This document shows positions 10,740 to 21,900 of a stretch of DNA of 64,000 bases, in pieces. The notes beneath the pieces were generated by a model. That model saw only the letters and a program-made list of their open reading frames with translations. It was not told the origin of the DNA and did not search any database. The translations under genes were made by a program, and so were the position numbers. Origin of the DNA: Desulfatiglandales bacterium (lineage in GTDB: Bacteria > Desulfobacterota > DSM-4660 > Desulfatiglandales > Desulfatiglandaceae); NCBI GenBank assembly GCA_963666345.1, contig OY762721.1, positions 1,856,001 to 1,920,000 of the forward strand, written 5' to 3'. Each line of letters opens with the position of its first letter. Position 1 is the first letter of the stretch.

Positions 10740-11240
10740 CTATTTATAACTATCGATAATCTTTAAGGCGCTTTCAGGCGTAACCCCCCCATGAGTGTCC
10801 TCATCCACAACCAATACCGGAGCCAGACCGCACGCCCCCAGACACCTGACCGCCTCGAGTGAAAACCGCCTGTCCTCCGTGGTTGAACCCACTTCCAGTC
10901 CATATGAGGCCTTTAGGCGATTTATAACCTCCGCTATACCCCGAACGTAACATGCCGTGCCCATACAGACCTTTATGACATGTCTGCCCTTTGGTATCAT
11001 CGAAAAGAATGAGTAAAAGGTGACCACCCCATATACCGTACTTCCCGGGATATTCAATCCATAGCCGATATAATCCTGCAGTTCCCTGGGAAGATAGCCT
11101 ACGATACCCTGACATTCGGCAAGCGCAGGTATCAGTGCCCCGGCCCTGCCTTCATAGCGCCCCAGGATCTCATCAACCCTATCGATCACCTCGGGTGTGA
11201 GATCATTGTTCTTAACTCCAATATTTCGGAATTGATGCAT
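10740..11240 (-). CDS. nuoE: NuoE/HydC-like [2Fe-2S] subunit
   Basis: VVTFYSFF, VCMGTACYVRG, RCLGACGLAP; AAGGAG before ATG 11240. Confidence 0.9.
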   Translation of the reverse strand: MHQFRNIGVKNNDLTPEVIDRVDEILGRYEGRAGALIPALAECQGIVGYLPRELQDYIGYGLNIPGSTVYGVVTFYSFFSMIPKGRHVIKVCMGTACYVRGIAEVINRLKASYGLEVGSTTEDRRFSLEAVRCLGACGLAPVLVVDEDTHGGVTPESALKIIDSYK

Positions 11241-11319
11241 AATTTGAACTCCTTGACTAATTGCCGATTCAGATATTAGACACTGGCCGGCCGGATAAGC
11301 ACCGGGCGGCTCTTCCTCC

Positions 11320-14022
11320 CTACAAAGGGTCCTGAACCTTTTCAATCCTCACAGCGCACACCTTGTACTCGGGGATCTTTGCCGTAGGATCAAGAGCGGC
11401 GTTGGTCAACCTGTTTGCAGCGGCACCGGCGTAATGAAAGGGAATGAATATCGTTCCCTTCACCGCCTTATCGGAGATCATCGCCTTTGCCTCGATCTCG
11501 CCCCTCCTGGATATGACCTTTAGCATGGACCCGTCTTCTATTCCAAGCCCGTCCGCGTCCTCCATGGAAATTTCCACAAAGCACTCAGGCGCCAGTTCAT
11601 TAATACCGTAGGATTTCATCGTCATTGTGCCGGTATGGAACTGGTAAAGGACGCGGCCTGTAGTTAAAAAGACCGGGAACTCCTCATCCGGAGTCTCTGC
11701 AGGGGGGATATAGTCCAAGGCATGAAAAACGCCCAGTCCGCATGTAAACTGATCGATATGAAGGCATGGAGTCCCCGGATGATCCGATCCCGTGCAGGGC
11801 CAGTGTATTCCATCTCCTTCCAGCCGATCATAGTTTATTCCGCAATAGGAGGGTGTAACGGATCCGATCTCGGTCATTATCTGCCAGGCATCTTCATAAT
11901 CCATCGGATAGCCCATTCGGTCTGAGATGCCGGCGGTTATTCTCCAGTCCTCCCACGCCTCACCCGGAGGCTCGACAGCCTTTCTTACCCGCTGGACTTT
12001 TCTCTCAGTATTGACGAAGGTTCCGTCCTTTTCGGCATAAGAGGCGGATGGAAGCACCACATCGGCCATCTTCGCCGTCTCCGTAAGAAAGATATCCTGT
12101 ACCACAAGAAAATCCAGACCTTCAAGACACTTAATTGTATGATTCAGGTCAGGGTCGGAAATCATGGGGTTTTCACCTATGATATATAGCCCCTTGAGCC
12201 TTCCGTCATGGGCTGCCCCCATCATCTCGGTTACTGTCAGGCCCGGCTTGGGCGGCAGGTTTTCGACACCCCACGCACTCTCCATCTTTTCCCTTACCGT
12301 CTTTTCATCCACCCTCTGATAACCGGTGTAGACGTTGGGAAGCGCCCCCATGTCACAGGCACCCTGGACATTGTTCTGACCCCTCAACGGATTCACTCCC
12401 CCGCCCGGGATTCCAACGTTCCCGCACAGCATGGCAAGGTTTGCCAGTGACTTTACATTGTCAGTTCCGGTTATATGCTGGGTAATGCCCATGGCATAAA
12501 GAATCGAAGCGGCGGGCGCACCAGCATAGAGCCTTGCAGCCCTTTCAAGCTTATCGGCAGGGATCCCCGTTATCTTTTCAACATATTCAGGGGTATATTT
12601 TTTAACCTTTTCCCTTAATTCATCCAGACCCACGGTCCTTGAAACGACATAGTCCTCATCGAAAAGGCCTTCTCTGAAAATCATATTCATCATCCCGTTT
12701 ATCCAGGCCACATCAGTACCCAGGTTGGGCCTTAGCCACATATCCGCGAATTTCGTAATAGGGATCTTTCGCGGATCCACCACGATCAGCCTCGCCCCTT
12801 TATGCGTAACCGCCCTCTTCACGTAAGAAGAAAGCACAGGGTGATTCTCCGTGGTATTTGACCCGGTGATGAGTATGACATCCGCCTTTTCAATATCCGC
12901 TATCGGATTTGTCATCGCGCCACTGCCGAACGCCGCGGCCAGACCGGCCACCGTGGAGGAGTGTCAGAGCCTTGCGCAGTGATCTATGTTGTTTGTACCC
13001 AGGACCGCCCTTGTAAATTTCTGGGCCACATAGTTTTCTTCATTTGTCACCCGGGCACTGCTGAGTACCATTAATGAGTCAGGACCGTTTTCATCCTTTA
13101 TCGCATTTAATCTCTCCGCTACAAGATCCAGGGCCTCATCCCAGGAGGCCTCCCGGAATTCACCATTCTCCTTTATAAGAGGCGTCTTGAGCCGGGCGGG
13201 GTCCTGGATAAAGTCATAGCCGAAACGCCCCTTCACACAAAGGCTCCCGTAGTTAGGACCGAAATCCTCAACTCCTGTAATCTTCACTACCCTGTCATCC
13301 TTGACATGCAGATAGATCTGGCACCCGACTCCGCAGTAGGTGCAGGTAGTACGAACCTTTTTCAATTCCCACGGTTTCCCCTTGAACCGGCTCTGCTTTA
13401 CGATCAACGCCCCCACGGGACAGGCCTGGACGCACTCCCCGCAAAAAACGCAGTCGGAATCCATATAAGGTCTGTCTCCGGTGGCAACGATCTTGGAGGC
13501 AGTACCTCTGTATCCGTATGAAATGGCGCGGTTGACCTGGACCTCGTTACATGCCTGGACACAACGACCGCACATGATGCACCTGGAAAAATCCCTGGTG
13601 ATCAGATCGTTTTCCTCCACAGGGTAGCGCTGGGGGCTTTCAGGAAACCTGACTGTTTCCACCTTATATCTGTAAGCCAGATCCTGCAGTTTACAGTCAC
13701 CATCCGCCTCGCAAGTAACGCAGTAGTGATGTCCCGAGGAAAGGAGAAGCTCTATGTAATTTTTCCTTGCCTTTATAACCCTCTCGGTTGCGGTTTTAAC
13801 CACCATGCCGGGGCCTGCCGGAGCGGAACAGGAGGCAACAAGGTTTCTGGCTCCTTCCACCTCAACTACGCATATCCTGCAGGCGCCTGTCGGCTCGGCC
13901 CCTTTCAGATAACAAAGAGTAGGAATATCGATATCATGATTTTGAGCTACCTGAAGGATTGTCTCTCCCGGTGAAAAGGCGCACTCAAGATCATCTATGA
14001 CCATTCTATTTTCAAATCCCAT
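11320..14022 (-). CDS. fdhA: Selenocysteine-containing Mo/W formate dehydrogenase alpha subunit (readthrough of UGA at 12964-12966)
   Basis: ORFs 12964-14022 and 11320-12951 are in frame across one TGA: [37 protein letters not shown] motif. Confidence 0.95.
12931..12963 (-). promoter_or_regulatory. Bacterial SECIS element
   Basis: After UGA: CACUCCUCCACGGUGGCC-GGUCU-GGCCGCG; stem with G-starting apical loop at fdhF-like spacing. Confidence 0.8.
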
Positions 14023-14564
14023 ATTTTCTCCTTGAAAAAGATGCCCCCAATAAATGAAAAAGCCTCAGGATATCGGCTCAGTCACCGATTTTCTCAGCTA
14101 TTAAAACTCCCTGTCAAATATTCTTTTTTATATCCCTAAATCGCCTGATCCGGTTGACAAACAAATTGGTATACAGCCATGTTGATAATTCTATTGCCCA
14201 ATAATAGATCGATAATAAGACCGCTTCCCCTGGTCATTAAAATAAAGATCAATTTATCTTAAACACGTCAATTATTTTAAGCAGTATTTGGGTGATATAA
14301 TGGAGAATGCCTTATGGTAATAAGAGGTTCATTGAGGGCATTGTCTGAGAGAATGAATTAGCTTGCCATAAGGGCGCGCCGAGTATAACAGAAAAGGCAG
14401 GCGTTTTAAAAGAAGTTTTTATTCAAATATGTTCGGAGGTTAAAAACGGATATATCATTCAGAGCAATAGTTTTGTGATAACAGATTGTTACAAAATTTA
14501 AAGCATGTCTCTAAATATTGGCTCCACCTAATAACCCTTATTTTTTTCTTGATTCCGGGGTACG

Positions 14565-15266
14565 TCATTTTACTTGGCCTTTTATATTCTCCAGTGCCTC
14601 TTTGGAAAGTGCGCCTACGGTTGTAGGCCTCATTCGACCTTCCCGATATATCCTTAAAGCCGCTTCATCCCCGATCAATTCAAGAAGCCTCGGTACGGCC
14701 GGCTTTTCCTTGACTATACCGGTGATCCATACGCACAAACCGCGTACGGTACTGTCATCCGATTCAAGATAGTCAAGCATATAAGGCATCGCTTCTTTCA
14801 CCTTCTGAGGTCTGGCCTGAGCGAATCTTCCTATACCCCACAGAAGCCCCCGCTGAAGGGGTCCAAGCTCCAGATAATTTCCATCCTTATGAGCATAGGA
14901 GAAAAGTATATGCTGAAATTCATCTGCCAGACCTTTGTGCCTTGAAAGTATTTCACCCATTGCCTCGGCAGAACCCCAACCTATGCCTCCCGATTCATCG
15001 TTCAAGCTCCACATAAGTCGACGCATAATGACCCGTGCCGATTCCATATCCTTGCAGGCCAGGTCTTTCACCACCAAACCCACGGCCTCAACAGCCCTCC
15101 ACCTGATCTTTTCATCAAGAGAAAAAAGATATGAAAAAAGCGGATTTATCACCTGGCGGGGAGGATACTCCCTTAATTTCTTCATGCCCTGTTTAAAATC
15201 ATCGCAACAGAGCAATTCATATACTTCCGCCTTTAGCCTTCTTCCTCCCTTATCCCTTTCCTTCAC
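14565..15266 (-). CDS. DVU0298-family HEAT-repeat protein
   Basis: ARVIMRRLMWSLNDESGGIGWGSAEAMGEI motif; helical repeats. Confidence 0.8.
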   Translation of the reverse strand: MKERDKGGRRLKAEVYELLCCDDFKQGMKKLREYPPRQVINPLFSYLFSLDEKIRWRAVEAVGLVVKDLACKDMESARVIMRRLMWSLNDESGGIGWGSAEAMGEILSRHKGLADEFQHILFSYAHKDGNYLELGPLQRGLLWGIGRFAQARPQKVKEAMPYMLDYLESDDSTVRGLCVWITGIVKEKPAVPRLLELIGDEAALRIYREGRMRPTTVGALSKEALENIKGQVK

Positions 15267-15369
15267 TTTTGCCTGACCTCCTTGGCTTCCTACACGCTGG
15301 ATTCAAGGTGGATCCTGGTTCTGCAGATCCATCATTAAAGCATGGGCATGGTTATTTGTTATACTTAGG

Positions 15370-15527
15370 TAGTTCCCATCCAGAAATGATCCATTTCTGG
15401 ATGTTGCCTTCAGCTGTCAGCTATCAGCAAGTAGCCAATAAATTGATATCTCAAGTGTTTTACTTACTGCTGAGAGCTGATTGCTGATAGCGTGAGTCCA
15501 TAAATCTTGATTTATGGATGAGCACTA
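15370..15527 (+). mobile_element. Repeat family B copy 1: 158-bp MITE/REPIN-like element
   Basis: Imperfect TIRs TAGTTCCCATCCAGAAAT / rc TAGTGCTCATCCATAAAT; terminal hairpins; near-identical copy at 29673-29830. Confidence 0.8.
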
Positions 15528-15612
15528 GGTAATGTTTACAAAAGCCCGGGGATGCGGTCACTTCTCCGTAAGACATAGATAAGGCCGGATGAAAAAGTGC
15601 CGGCGCCGCAGC
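15528..15612 (+). repeat. Repeat family A, right-half fragment (linker fragment at ~15343-15363)
   Basis: AAAGCCCGGGGATGCGGTCACTTCTCCGTAAG...AAGGCCGGA matches the other copies. Confidence 0.85.
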
Positions 15613-15635
15613 TCAGACACCCTTTTAAGGGCACT

Positions 15636-16994
15636 TTATTTACAGCTGGTTCCGGTTTTACTGAAACCGTACAGTGATGAAAGCCTGCGGGGAGAAACAC
15701 CCATAATAATCCCCAGTTCTATGACCTTATTTATCAGGGTGGTTTTACACAGCCCCACCGACCGCCACCTCCTTGCAGATGTGACGGCGCATGCAGGCAG
15801 TGTCCTGATCTTTCCCTTCTTCCTTAAAAAACTTACAAATTTCAGATCCTCTGCAATGGCAATTTCAGGGAACCCTCCATATCTTTCGAAATGCGTTTTT
15901 TTCAAAAAAAGGGCCTGATCACCATAGGGAAACCCCATATAGCGTGAGCGGATGTAGGCACACATTTCAATGAACCGCATGAACGGATGGTCGAGATCCG
16001 TTTTAAAACGAAATGCACCCAGAACCGTGTTGGAATCGACAAGGGCGTCAAATATCATCTTTTTGAATCCGGCCGGAAGAAGAGTGTCCGCGTGAAGGAA
16101 CACAAGGATCTTACCCCCGGCAACTGACGCCCCTGAATTCATCTGAGCACCCCTGCACCTTGCTCCCTTTAAAACTACGGCACCCGCTTTTTCCGCAATC
16201 GCCGCTGTATTGTCACCGCTGCCGCCGTCAACGACTATAATCTCCACTTCATCGTCTCTTATATCCTCAATCAGAGGTCCGATGTTTTCCTCCTCATTCA
16301 GCACAGGGATGATAACTGAAAAAAACGGCCTTTTTGCCGCCTCTTCGGGCCAGGATGCTTCAAGGTCCCTGAATCTGTCTATGTCAATCAATCTGTCCGC
16401 GAATGTAACGGTCAGCCCCGATTTTTCCGCACAACGGACAGTATCATTCAAGACCTTATCAGTCCCCCAGCCTATATCCTTGAAAAGGCATTCCTCTTTT
16501 TTCATGCCTATGAGCCAGTACCCCCCGTCCATACTCGGGCCGATTACCACATCACTTTCTTCAAGGGCGGAAAATGAATCAAGGAGATGTCTGAAATTGA
16601 GGCCCGGGATATCGGCGCCTAAAAGGACCACCTTTCTGCATCCGGCCCTAAAGGCCCCGGCAAAGGCATGGGCCATGCGTTCACCCAGATCGACTCCGAC
16701 CTGGCGGGAATAGATCGTGCCCTTCCCAAGCCATCCGCGCATATCTTCCCTAAAGCCTCCTTCATAGCCCACCTCAACGGCAATACCTCCTCTTTCTGCC
16801 GCCATTGCGACCGTTGCCAGGGTCTTTCGCGTCATGCGGCACTGAAGACAGGCCGCGCCATAAGCCCCGATATCAGGTATAAGGCGCGTTTTTGTCTTTC
16901 CCGGGACGGGGTAACGGGTGAACACTATTATCCTGTCTTCAAGATGACTCGGATCTTCAGGCACCGGGAAACACCTCCCTATAAATGACGACAA
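15636..16994 (-). CDS. Fused TIGR04282 (DUF2064/CofC-like) and TIGR04283 (GT2) glycosyltransferase, arsenosugar-biosynthesis-associated families
   Basis: FTRYPVPGKTKTRL, DLGERM, GPSMDGGYWLIG; then SVIIPVLNEE, VDGGS, FLHADT, PYGDQALF, TSARRW. Confidence 0.85.
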   Translation of the reverse strand: MSSFIGRCFPVPEDPSHLEDRIIVFTRYPVPGKTKTRLIPDIGAYGAACLQCRMTRKTLATVAMAAERGGIAVEVGYEGGFREDMRGWLGKGTIYSRQVGVDLGERMAHAFAGAFRAGCRKVVLLGADIPGLNFRHLLDSFSALEESDVVIGPSMDGGYWLIGMKKEECLFKDIGWGTDKVLNDTVRCAEKSGLTVTFADRLIDIDRFRDLEASWPEEAAKRPFFSVIIPVLNEEENIGPLIEDIRDDEVEIIVVDGGSGDNTAAIAEKAGAVVLKGARCRGAQMNSGASVAGGKILVFLHADTLLPAGFKKMIFDALVDSNTVLGAFRFKTDLDHPFMRFIEMCAYIRSRYMGFPYGDQALFLKKTHFERYGGFPEIAIAEDLKFVSFLRKKGKIRTLPACAVTSARRWRSVGLCKTTLINKVIELGIIMGVSPRRLSSLYGFSKTGTSCK

Positions 16995-17397
16995 AAAATA
17001 TTCGGTTTATTTATATAAGCTTTTATTTATATTGTTAAAAACAAAATATTGACATTTCATCAGCAAAGACTTTATTATACTTCAAGTTTATCACTTTTTA
17101 TCCATATCATGACTGTCTTTGAAAGGACACAGACTCGTAGCATATTATATTCGGGTTATTCTTTGTCATGAGTTCATCTCTTTCCCTGGAATATGCCAGC
17201 CCTGCATGGTGCGATAATTCGCAGATTACCGCTATCCCTGACCAAAATCAAACCTCGATTATAAGGCGCCTGATTTCGGATTCCATGATTATTAAATCAT
17301 CAAAAGGGTCTTCCTTATTTGAAGTCATCTTAAGCGGAAGATCGTCTGTCTCACAGCACCCTTAACAGGTGAACTATGTTAAAGGTATGACTTGTTC

Positions 17398-17691
17398 ATG
17401 GCAATAAAGATCACAAGGGCGGCAAAAAAATACATTGATGAAAAACAAATAAGAACGGTGGTTCTTACCTTTGTGGAGCTGGAGGCAGGGTGCATGGTAG
17501 GGGTGGCAAAGGATATAGACGTCTCTTTTGACCCTCCTGGAAATGAAGAACCCTACCTCAAGAGTAATGTCGAGGGGATAGACATCTATGTTGATAAAAG
17601 GCTCTCTCCTGCAGAAGAGGTGACAATCAGAAAACAGGGATTCTGGAGATTTTCATCCCTTTATGCCGACGGACTCAGGGTGCCCATATAA
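17398..17691 (+). CDS. HesB-like / CC-Se motif family small protein
   Basis: IKITRAAKKYI...GC...EGIDIYVDK pattern typical of the HesB-like fold. Confidence 0.6.
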   Translation: MAIKITRAAKKYIDEKQIRTVVLTFVELEAGCMVGVAKDIDVSFDPPGNEEPYLKSNVEGIDIYVDKRLSPAEEVTIRKQGFWRFSSLYADGLRVPI

Positions 17692-17837
17692 GATGGCGGA
17701 TTAACGTGGTTACATGCCAGGCCCGGGGCGGAACCACTTCGGGGTTATCCCCGATTTTATCAAAGGGGTTTACCGTAATTCAATATTAACAACCTGTTCA
17801 GTGGCAATGCCGCTCAGATAAAGGGAAGGAGGGAGAT

Positions 17838-19553
17838 ATGAATTCATTGGTTTTGGGTTTAATAATGATGATAGGCTTCATAATCGCCTATCATACATAC
17901 GGCAAATTTTTAGGCCGTAAAATTTTTAAACTTGCAGCGGACAATGTATGTCCTTCTCATGAACTAAGGGATGATCTTGATTTTGTCCCCACCAACAAGC
18001 ATATTTTGTTCGGTCATCACTTCACCTCGATCGCGGGTCTGGGACCGATTGTGGGCCCTGCCATAGCCATCATCTGGGGATGGGTGCCGGCGGTTCTGTG
18101 GGTGTTCTTCGGATCGATATTTTTCGGAGCGGTCCATGACTTCGGTGCCCTTATCGTTTCTCTCAGGCACCAGGGAAGATCCATCGGGGATCTCTCCGCA
18201 GACCTCATCAACAATCGGGTAAGAACCCTTTTCCTGCTTATAATATTTTTTCTTCTCCTTATAGTAATCGCCGTTTTCGCCCTTATAATAGCCATCCTTT
18301 TCAACATGTATCCCCAGGCCGTCATCCCTGTATGGTTCGAGATACCCATAGCCCTCTGGCTGGGGAACCAGGTCTATAAAAAGGGCGGCGACCATGTAAA
18401 GCTGGGTATTGTGGCTGTTGTTATCATGTATATTACGGTTGTAATAGGCGCATACGTACCGATCGACCTTAAGGCGGTCATGGGAGCTAAGGGGTCACTG
18501 GTCTTCTGGATGATAGTGCTTTTTGTCTACTCCTATATCGCATCCACGCTTCCGGTGCAGACGCTGCTGCAGCCAAGGGACTACATCAACAGCCATCAGC
18601 TTTTCGTGGCCTTTGCCCTGCTTATCCTGGGGGTCTTCGTGTCTCATCCTGCCATAATCGCACCCGCGTTTGATGCGTCTCCAAAGGGGGCTCCGCCTGT
18701 CTGGCCGTTTCTTTTCGTGGTAATAGCCTGCGGCGCCATATCCGGTTTTCACTCCCTTGTAAGCTCCGGGACTTCATCAAAGCAGTGCTACTCGGAAAGC
18801 GACGCCCGCTATGTGGGTTACGGTTCAATGCTGATGGAAGGCACCCTTTCCACACTGGTTATAGTAGCGGTTGCCGGAGGAATAGGGCTCGGCCTTGCCA
18901 CCAAGGGGGGGGAAGTTCTGACAGGTACTGCGGCATTCACACACCACTACGCATCCTGGGCGGCGGCAGCCGGACTGGGTGCAAAGATAGGCGCATTTGT
19001 AAAGGGATCCGCCAACATGATCCAGGCTTACGGGGTGCCTGCAAAGATAACAATCACGATCATGGGAGTCTTCATAGTCTCCTTTGCGGCCACAACCCTT
19101 GATACGGCAACCAGGCTCCAGCGCTACGTAATCGCTGAGCTGGCAACCGCCTACAAGATGCCCAAGCTTGCCGAGCGTCACCCGGCCACACTTATCGCGG
19201 TGATTACCGCCTTTATCCTGGCATTCTACAACGGCTCAGGGAGCGGTGCCCTTACACTCTGGCCCCTTTTCGGCACCTGCAACCAGCTCCTGGGTGCTCT
19301 CGCCCTGCTGGTTATAACGGTCTATCTTGCCAAGAAAAAGGTCCCGACCTTCTATACCCTCATCCCGATGATCTTCATGGTCATAATGACGGGCTGGGCA
19401 ATGATACTCAACCTCAAGAATTATGTGGCAACCGCAAACTGGCTCCTCTTCATAATCGGACTCATTGTTTTCATCCTTGAGATCTGGATGATAATCGAGT
19501 CCTATCTCTTCCTGAAGAAGGGGACCGGAATGGAGGCGGCGCAGGCTACGTAG
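17838..19553 (+). CDS. cstA: Carbon starvation CstA family peptide/pyruvate transporter
   Basis: LFGHHFTSIAGLGPIVGP, LLQPRDY, IACGAISGFH, GYGSMLMEG. Confidence 0.92.
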   Translation: MNSLVLGLIMMIGFIIAYHTYGKFLGRKIFKLAADNVCPSHELRDDLDFVPTNKHILFGHHFTSIAGLGPIVGPAIAIIWGWVPAVLWVFFGSIFFGAVHDFGALIVSLRHQGRSIGDLSADLINNRVRTLFLLIIFFLLLIVIAVFALIIAILFNMYPQAVIPVWFEIPIALWLGNQVYKKGGDHVKLGIVAVVIMYITVVIGAYVPIDLKAVMGAKGSLVFWMIVLFVYSYIASTLPVQTLLQPRDYINSHQLFVAFALLILGVFVSHPAIIAPAFDASPKGAPPVWPFLFVVIACGAISGFHSLVSSGTSSKQCYSESDARYVGYGSMLMEGTLSTLVIVAVAGGIGLGLATKGGEVLTGTAAFTHHYASWAAAAGLGAKIGAFVKGSANMIQAYGVPAKITITIMGVFIVSFAATTLDTATRLQRYVIAELATAYKMPKLAERHPATLIAVITAFILAFYNGSGSGALTLWPLFGTCNQLLGALALLVITVYLAKKKVPTFYTLIPMIFMVIMTGWAMILNLKNYVATANWLLFIIGLIVFILEIWMIIESYLFLKKGTGMEAAQAT

Positions 19554-19569
19554 ACATTAAACATAAACC

Positions 19570-19607
19570 AACAGAAAAGCCCGGTAACATTACCGGGCTT
19601 TTCTGTT
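19570..19607. terminator. Intrinsic terminator after cstA
   Basis: Perfect inverted repeat AACAGAAAAGCCCGGTAA / TTACCGGGCTTTTCTGTT. Confidence 0.85.
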
Positions 19608-19659
19608 TCAGAAACAAAAAAAGACTCACCTGCCCATTTCCTCGTATCTCTTTTTGCTA

Positions 19660-19935
19660 AAGAACAATTGGAGGAGCGGGGGCTCTTTTTGGAGGCCTTA
19701 TCTCACAAAAAAATGCCACAGGAAGATGCAATGGCCGCAGACAGGGCTTTCCTCCCGGGAGCCCTATCAGTTAAGACAACACTTACAAAAGCCCGGGGAT
19801 GCGGTCACTTCTCCGTAAGGAATAGAATAGAGAAGGCCGGAGAAAGAGTGCCTGCGCCGGAGCGGATGGTCTAAATACACGCGATAAGCGAGAGAAAAAA
19901 CAAAATTCGGGCAGCGTTATTTGTTATCGGTTATA
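19660..19935 (+). repeat. Repeat family A copy (diverged)
   Basis: GGCCTTATCTCACAAAAAAAT...GGCCGCAGAC...CCCGGGAGCCCTATCAG...GGATGCGGTCAC...AAGGCCGGAGAAAGAG followed by GTTATT linker. Confidence 0.9.
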
Positions 19936-20053
19936 AGGAACATCCACTTGAACCCCCGGCACCTTGAATCCTTGGATCCTCATATATAGTTAGACAACAG
20001 CAAAATATACTCACATATTATCAGCAAACAACAATTTGCCTGACGTGCAGCCT

Positions 20054-20929
20054 TTACTCCAATATCTCATAACTGCTTGATGTTACAGGCGCCCTCAGAT
20101 TTGAAAGCACCCTTTCAAGGAGTACCCCTTCTCTTGCAGGATAGCGGTATCCGAAGGTGGCCCTTATTGCCATGGATATGAACTGGACCGCCCTGTCAAG
20201 CGCTATAGGGAGGCTGTCCCCCTGAAGAAGACTTCCCACGATCACGCTTGCGAAGACGTCCCCGGTACCCGGATAGTAGGCGGGGATATAATTACAGTCA
20301 ACCTTCCAGAATCTGCCGTCATCCCTGTCATATGCCACCACCGAGGAAACCTTTTTTTTGCTCGGCACAGGCACACTTGAAAGGATTACCATCCTGGGTC
20401 CTTCCTCTGAAAGACGGACAGCCCAATCCTTTACCTCACTTTCCTCAATGCTCGATTTAAAGGACTCATCCAGCAAAAAGGCCGCTTCAGTAAAATTAGG
20501 AGTTATCACATCGGCCGTCGCGACAAGCCTTTTCATCTGGGCTATCATCTCAGGCCCCATTGTGGAATAGGGCTTTCCGTCATCGCCCATAACCGGATCG
20601 ACTATCACGAGCTGTTCTTTGTGGGAAAAAAATCTTATAAACTCAGACACAATGTCGACCTGTCTGGGGGAGCCCAGAAACCCGCTGTAAACGGCATCAA
20701 AATGAATATCAAGACTCTTCCAGTGTTCGATAAATCCCTCCATTTCCCCTGTAAGATCGACGAACCTGTAATCCTTGAACCCCCCTGTATTGGTGGAAAG
20801 CACCGCCGTAGGAAGGGGGCAGGCCTGAACACCCATGGTTGAAAGTATGGGTATTACAACATTAAGGGATGTCCTTCCGAAACCTGACAGATCATGTATG
20901 GCCGCAACCCGCGGCACGGGATTATTCAT
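20054..20929 (-). CDS. pdxK: Pyridoxamine/pyridoxal kinase
   Basis: HDLSGFGRTSL, DPVMGDDG, TPNFTEA, GTGDVFAS. Confidence 0.9.
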   Translation of the reverse strand: MNNPVPRVAAIHDLSGFGRTSLNVVIPILSTMGVQACPLPTAVLSTNTGGFKDYRFVDLTGEMEGFIEHWKSLDIHFDAVYSGFLGSPRQVDIVSEFIRFFSHKEQLVIVDPVMGDDGKPYSTMGPEMIAQMKRLVATADVITPNFTEAAFLLDESFKSSIEESEVKDWAVRLSEEGPRMVILSSVPVPSKKKVSSVVAYDRDDGRFWKVDCNYIPAYYPGTGDVFASVIVGSLLQGDSLPIALDRAVQFISMAIRATFGYRYPAREGVLLERVLSNLRAPVTSSSYEILE

Positions 20930-21890
20930 TTATATTCTCCAAGCCGGACCCCTTGGTCCTTGTAGCAATACTCAGCCAGATGACCAGCGAAAAGCCTGCA
21001 ACGGCCAGCAACAGGGCAAAGGTTACTTCCATGCTCCATTGAGAGGGAAGGAAATTATTCTGAATTGAATTGACCACATGACCCTTTTCATCCGAAATAG
21101 TCCTTACAGCACTTTTCCAGGGCCACACCTTTCTGAGAGAGCCTGTCATAAGGCCCGTCAAAAGGGCTACTATCAGGTCATGATGTCTTTTGAAACACCA
21201 CTTCAAAAGGCGCGAAAATGCCGCAAGACCCAGGGCCGCACCGGCTGCAACAATGAAAAGGCTTACAAAGTCACGGTTGTTAACCGCCTCCAGGACAAAA
21301 AGGTATTTGCCCAGAAGCACCAGTATAAAGGCCCCTGAGATCCCGGGGAGGATCATGGCGCATATGGCAACCGCCCCGCTTAAGAACAGAAACCATGGGG
21401 CGTCAGGGGTGGAGGCCGGAGCCATTCCAACCAGAAGGTATGTGATCAGGGCGCCCAAAGCCGCCCACACCATATTGACTGCCCTCCAGGCTTCCATATG
21501 GCGGCTTACCGTATAGACGGATGCCACTATAAGCCCGAAGAAAAAGGACCATATCATTACAGGCCTGTTCTCAAGAAGCCAGCTGAGCAGCCTTGCCATG
21601 CTGAATATTGCAAGCAGGATCCCCGTGCCCAGACAGGCCAGAAAGGCCATTGATACATGCTCAAATGCCTCCCTTATCCTGAGTGAAAAAATGAGGCTGA
21701 AAAAGTGAAGATCAAAGGAACTGACAGCCCTTATAAGCCTTTCATAGATGCCCATGATAAATGCCATGGTGCCCCCTGAGACACCTGGTATCACGTCGGC
21801 GGCACCCATGCAGAAACCCTTTAGGACAAAAACCATATATTCCTTCAGCAGACCGGCACCTCGTTTTTTGTTCATCAATACCTCATGCAA
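20922..21890 (-). CDS. DUF368 family membrane protein (undecaprenyl-phosphate translocase family)
   Basis: MGAADVIPGVSGGT and AMILPGISG repeats. Confidence 0.9.
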   Translation of the reverse strand: MHEVLMNKKRGAGLLKEYMVFVLKGFCMGAADVIPGVSGGTMAFIMGIYERLIRAVSSFDLHFFSLIFSLRIREAFEHVSMAFLACLGTGILLAIFSMARLLSWLLENRPVMIWSFFFGLIVASVYTVSRHMEAWRAVNMVWAALGALITYLLVGMAPASTPDAPWFLFLSGAVAICAMILPGISGAFILVLLGKYLFVLEAVNNRDFVSLFIVAAGAALGLAAFSRLLKWCFKRHHDLIVALLTGLMTGSLRKVWPWKSAVRTISDEKGHVVNSIQNNFLPSQWSMEVTFALLLAVAGFSLVIWLSIATRTKGSGLENINE

Positions 21891-21900
21891 AAAGCCGGTT

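Noticed and set aside
12964..12966. fdhA nonsense mutation or pseudogene
   Set aside because: UGA is at the canonical Sec position and is followed by a SECIS
14471..14496. TTTTGTGA...TTACAAAA as a Rex box upstream of fdhA
   Set aside because: Half-site spacing is too long for Rex
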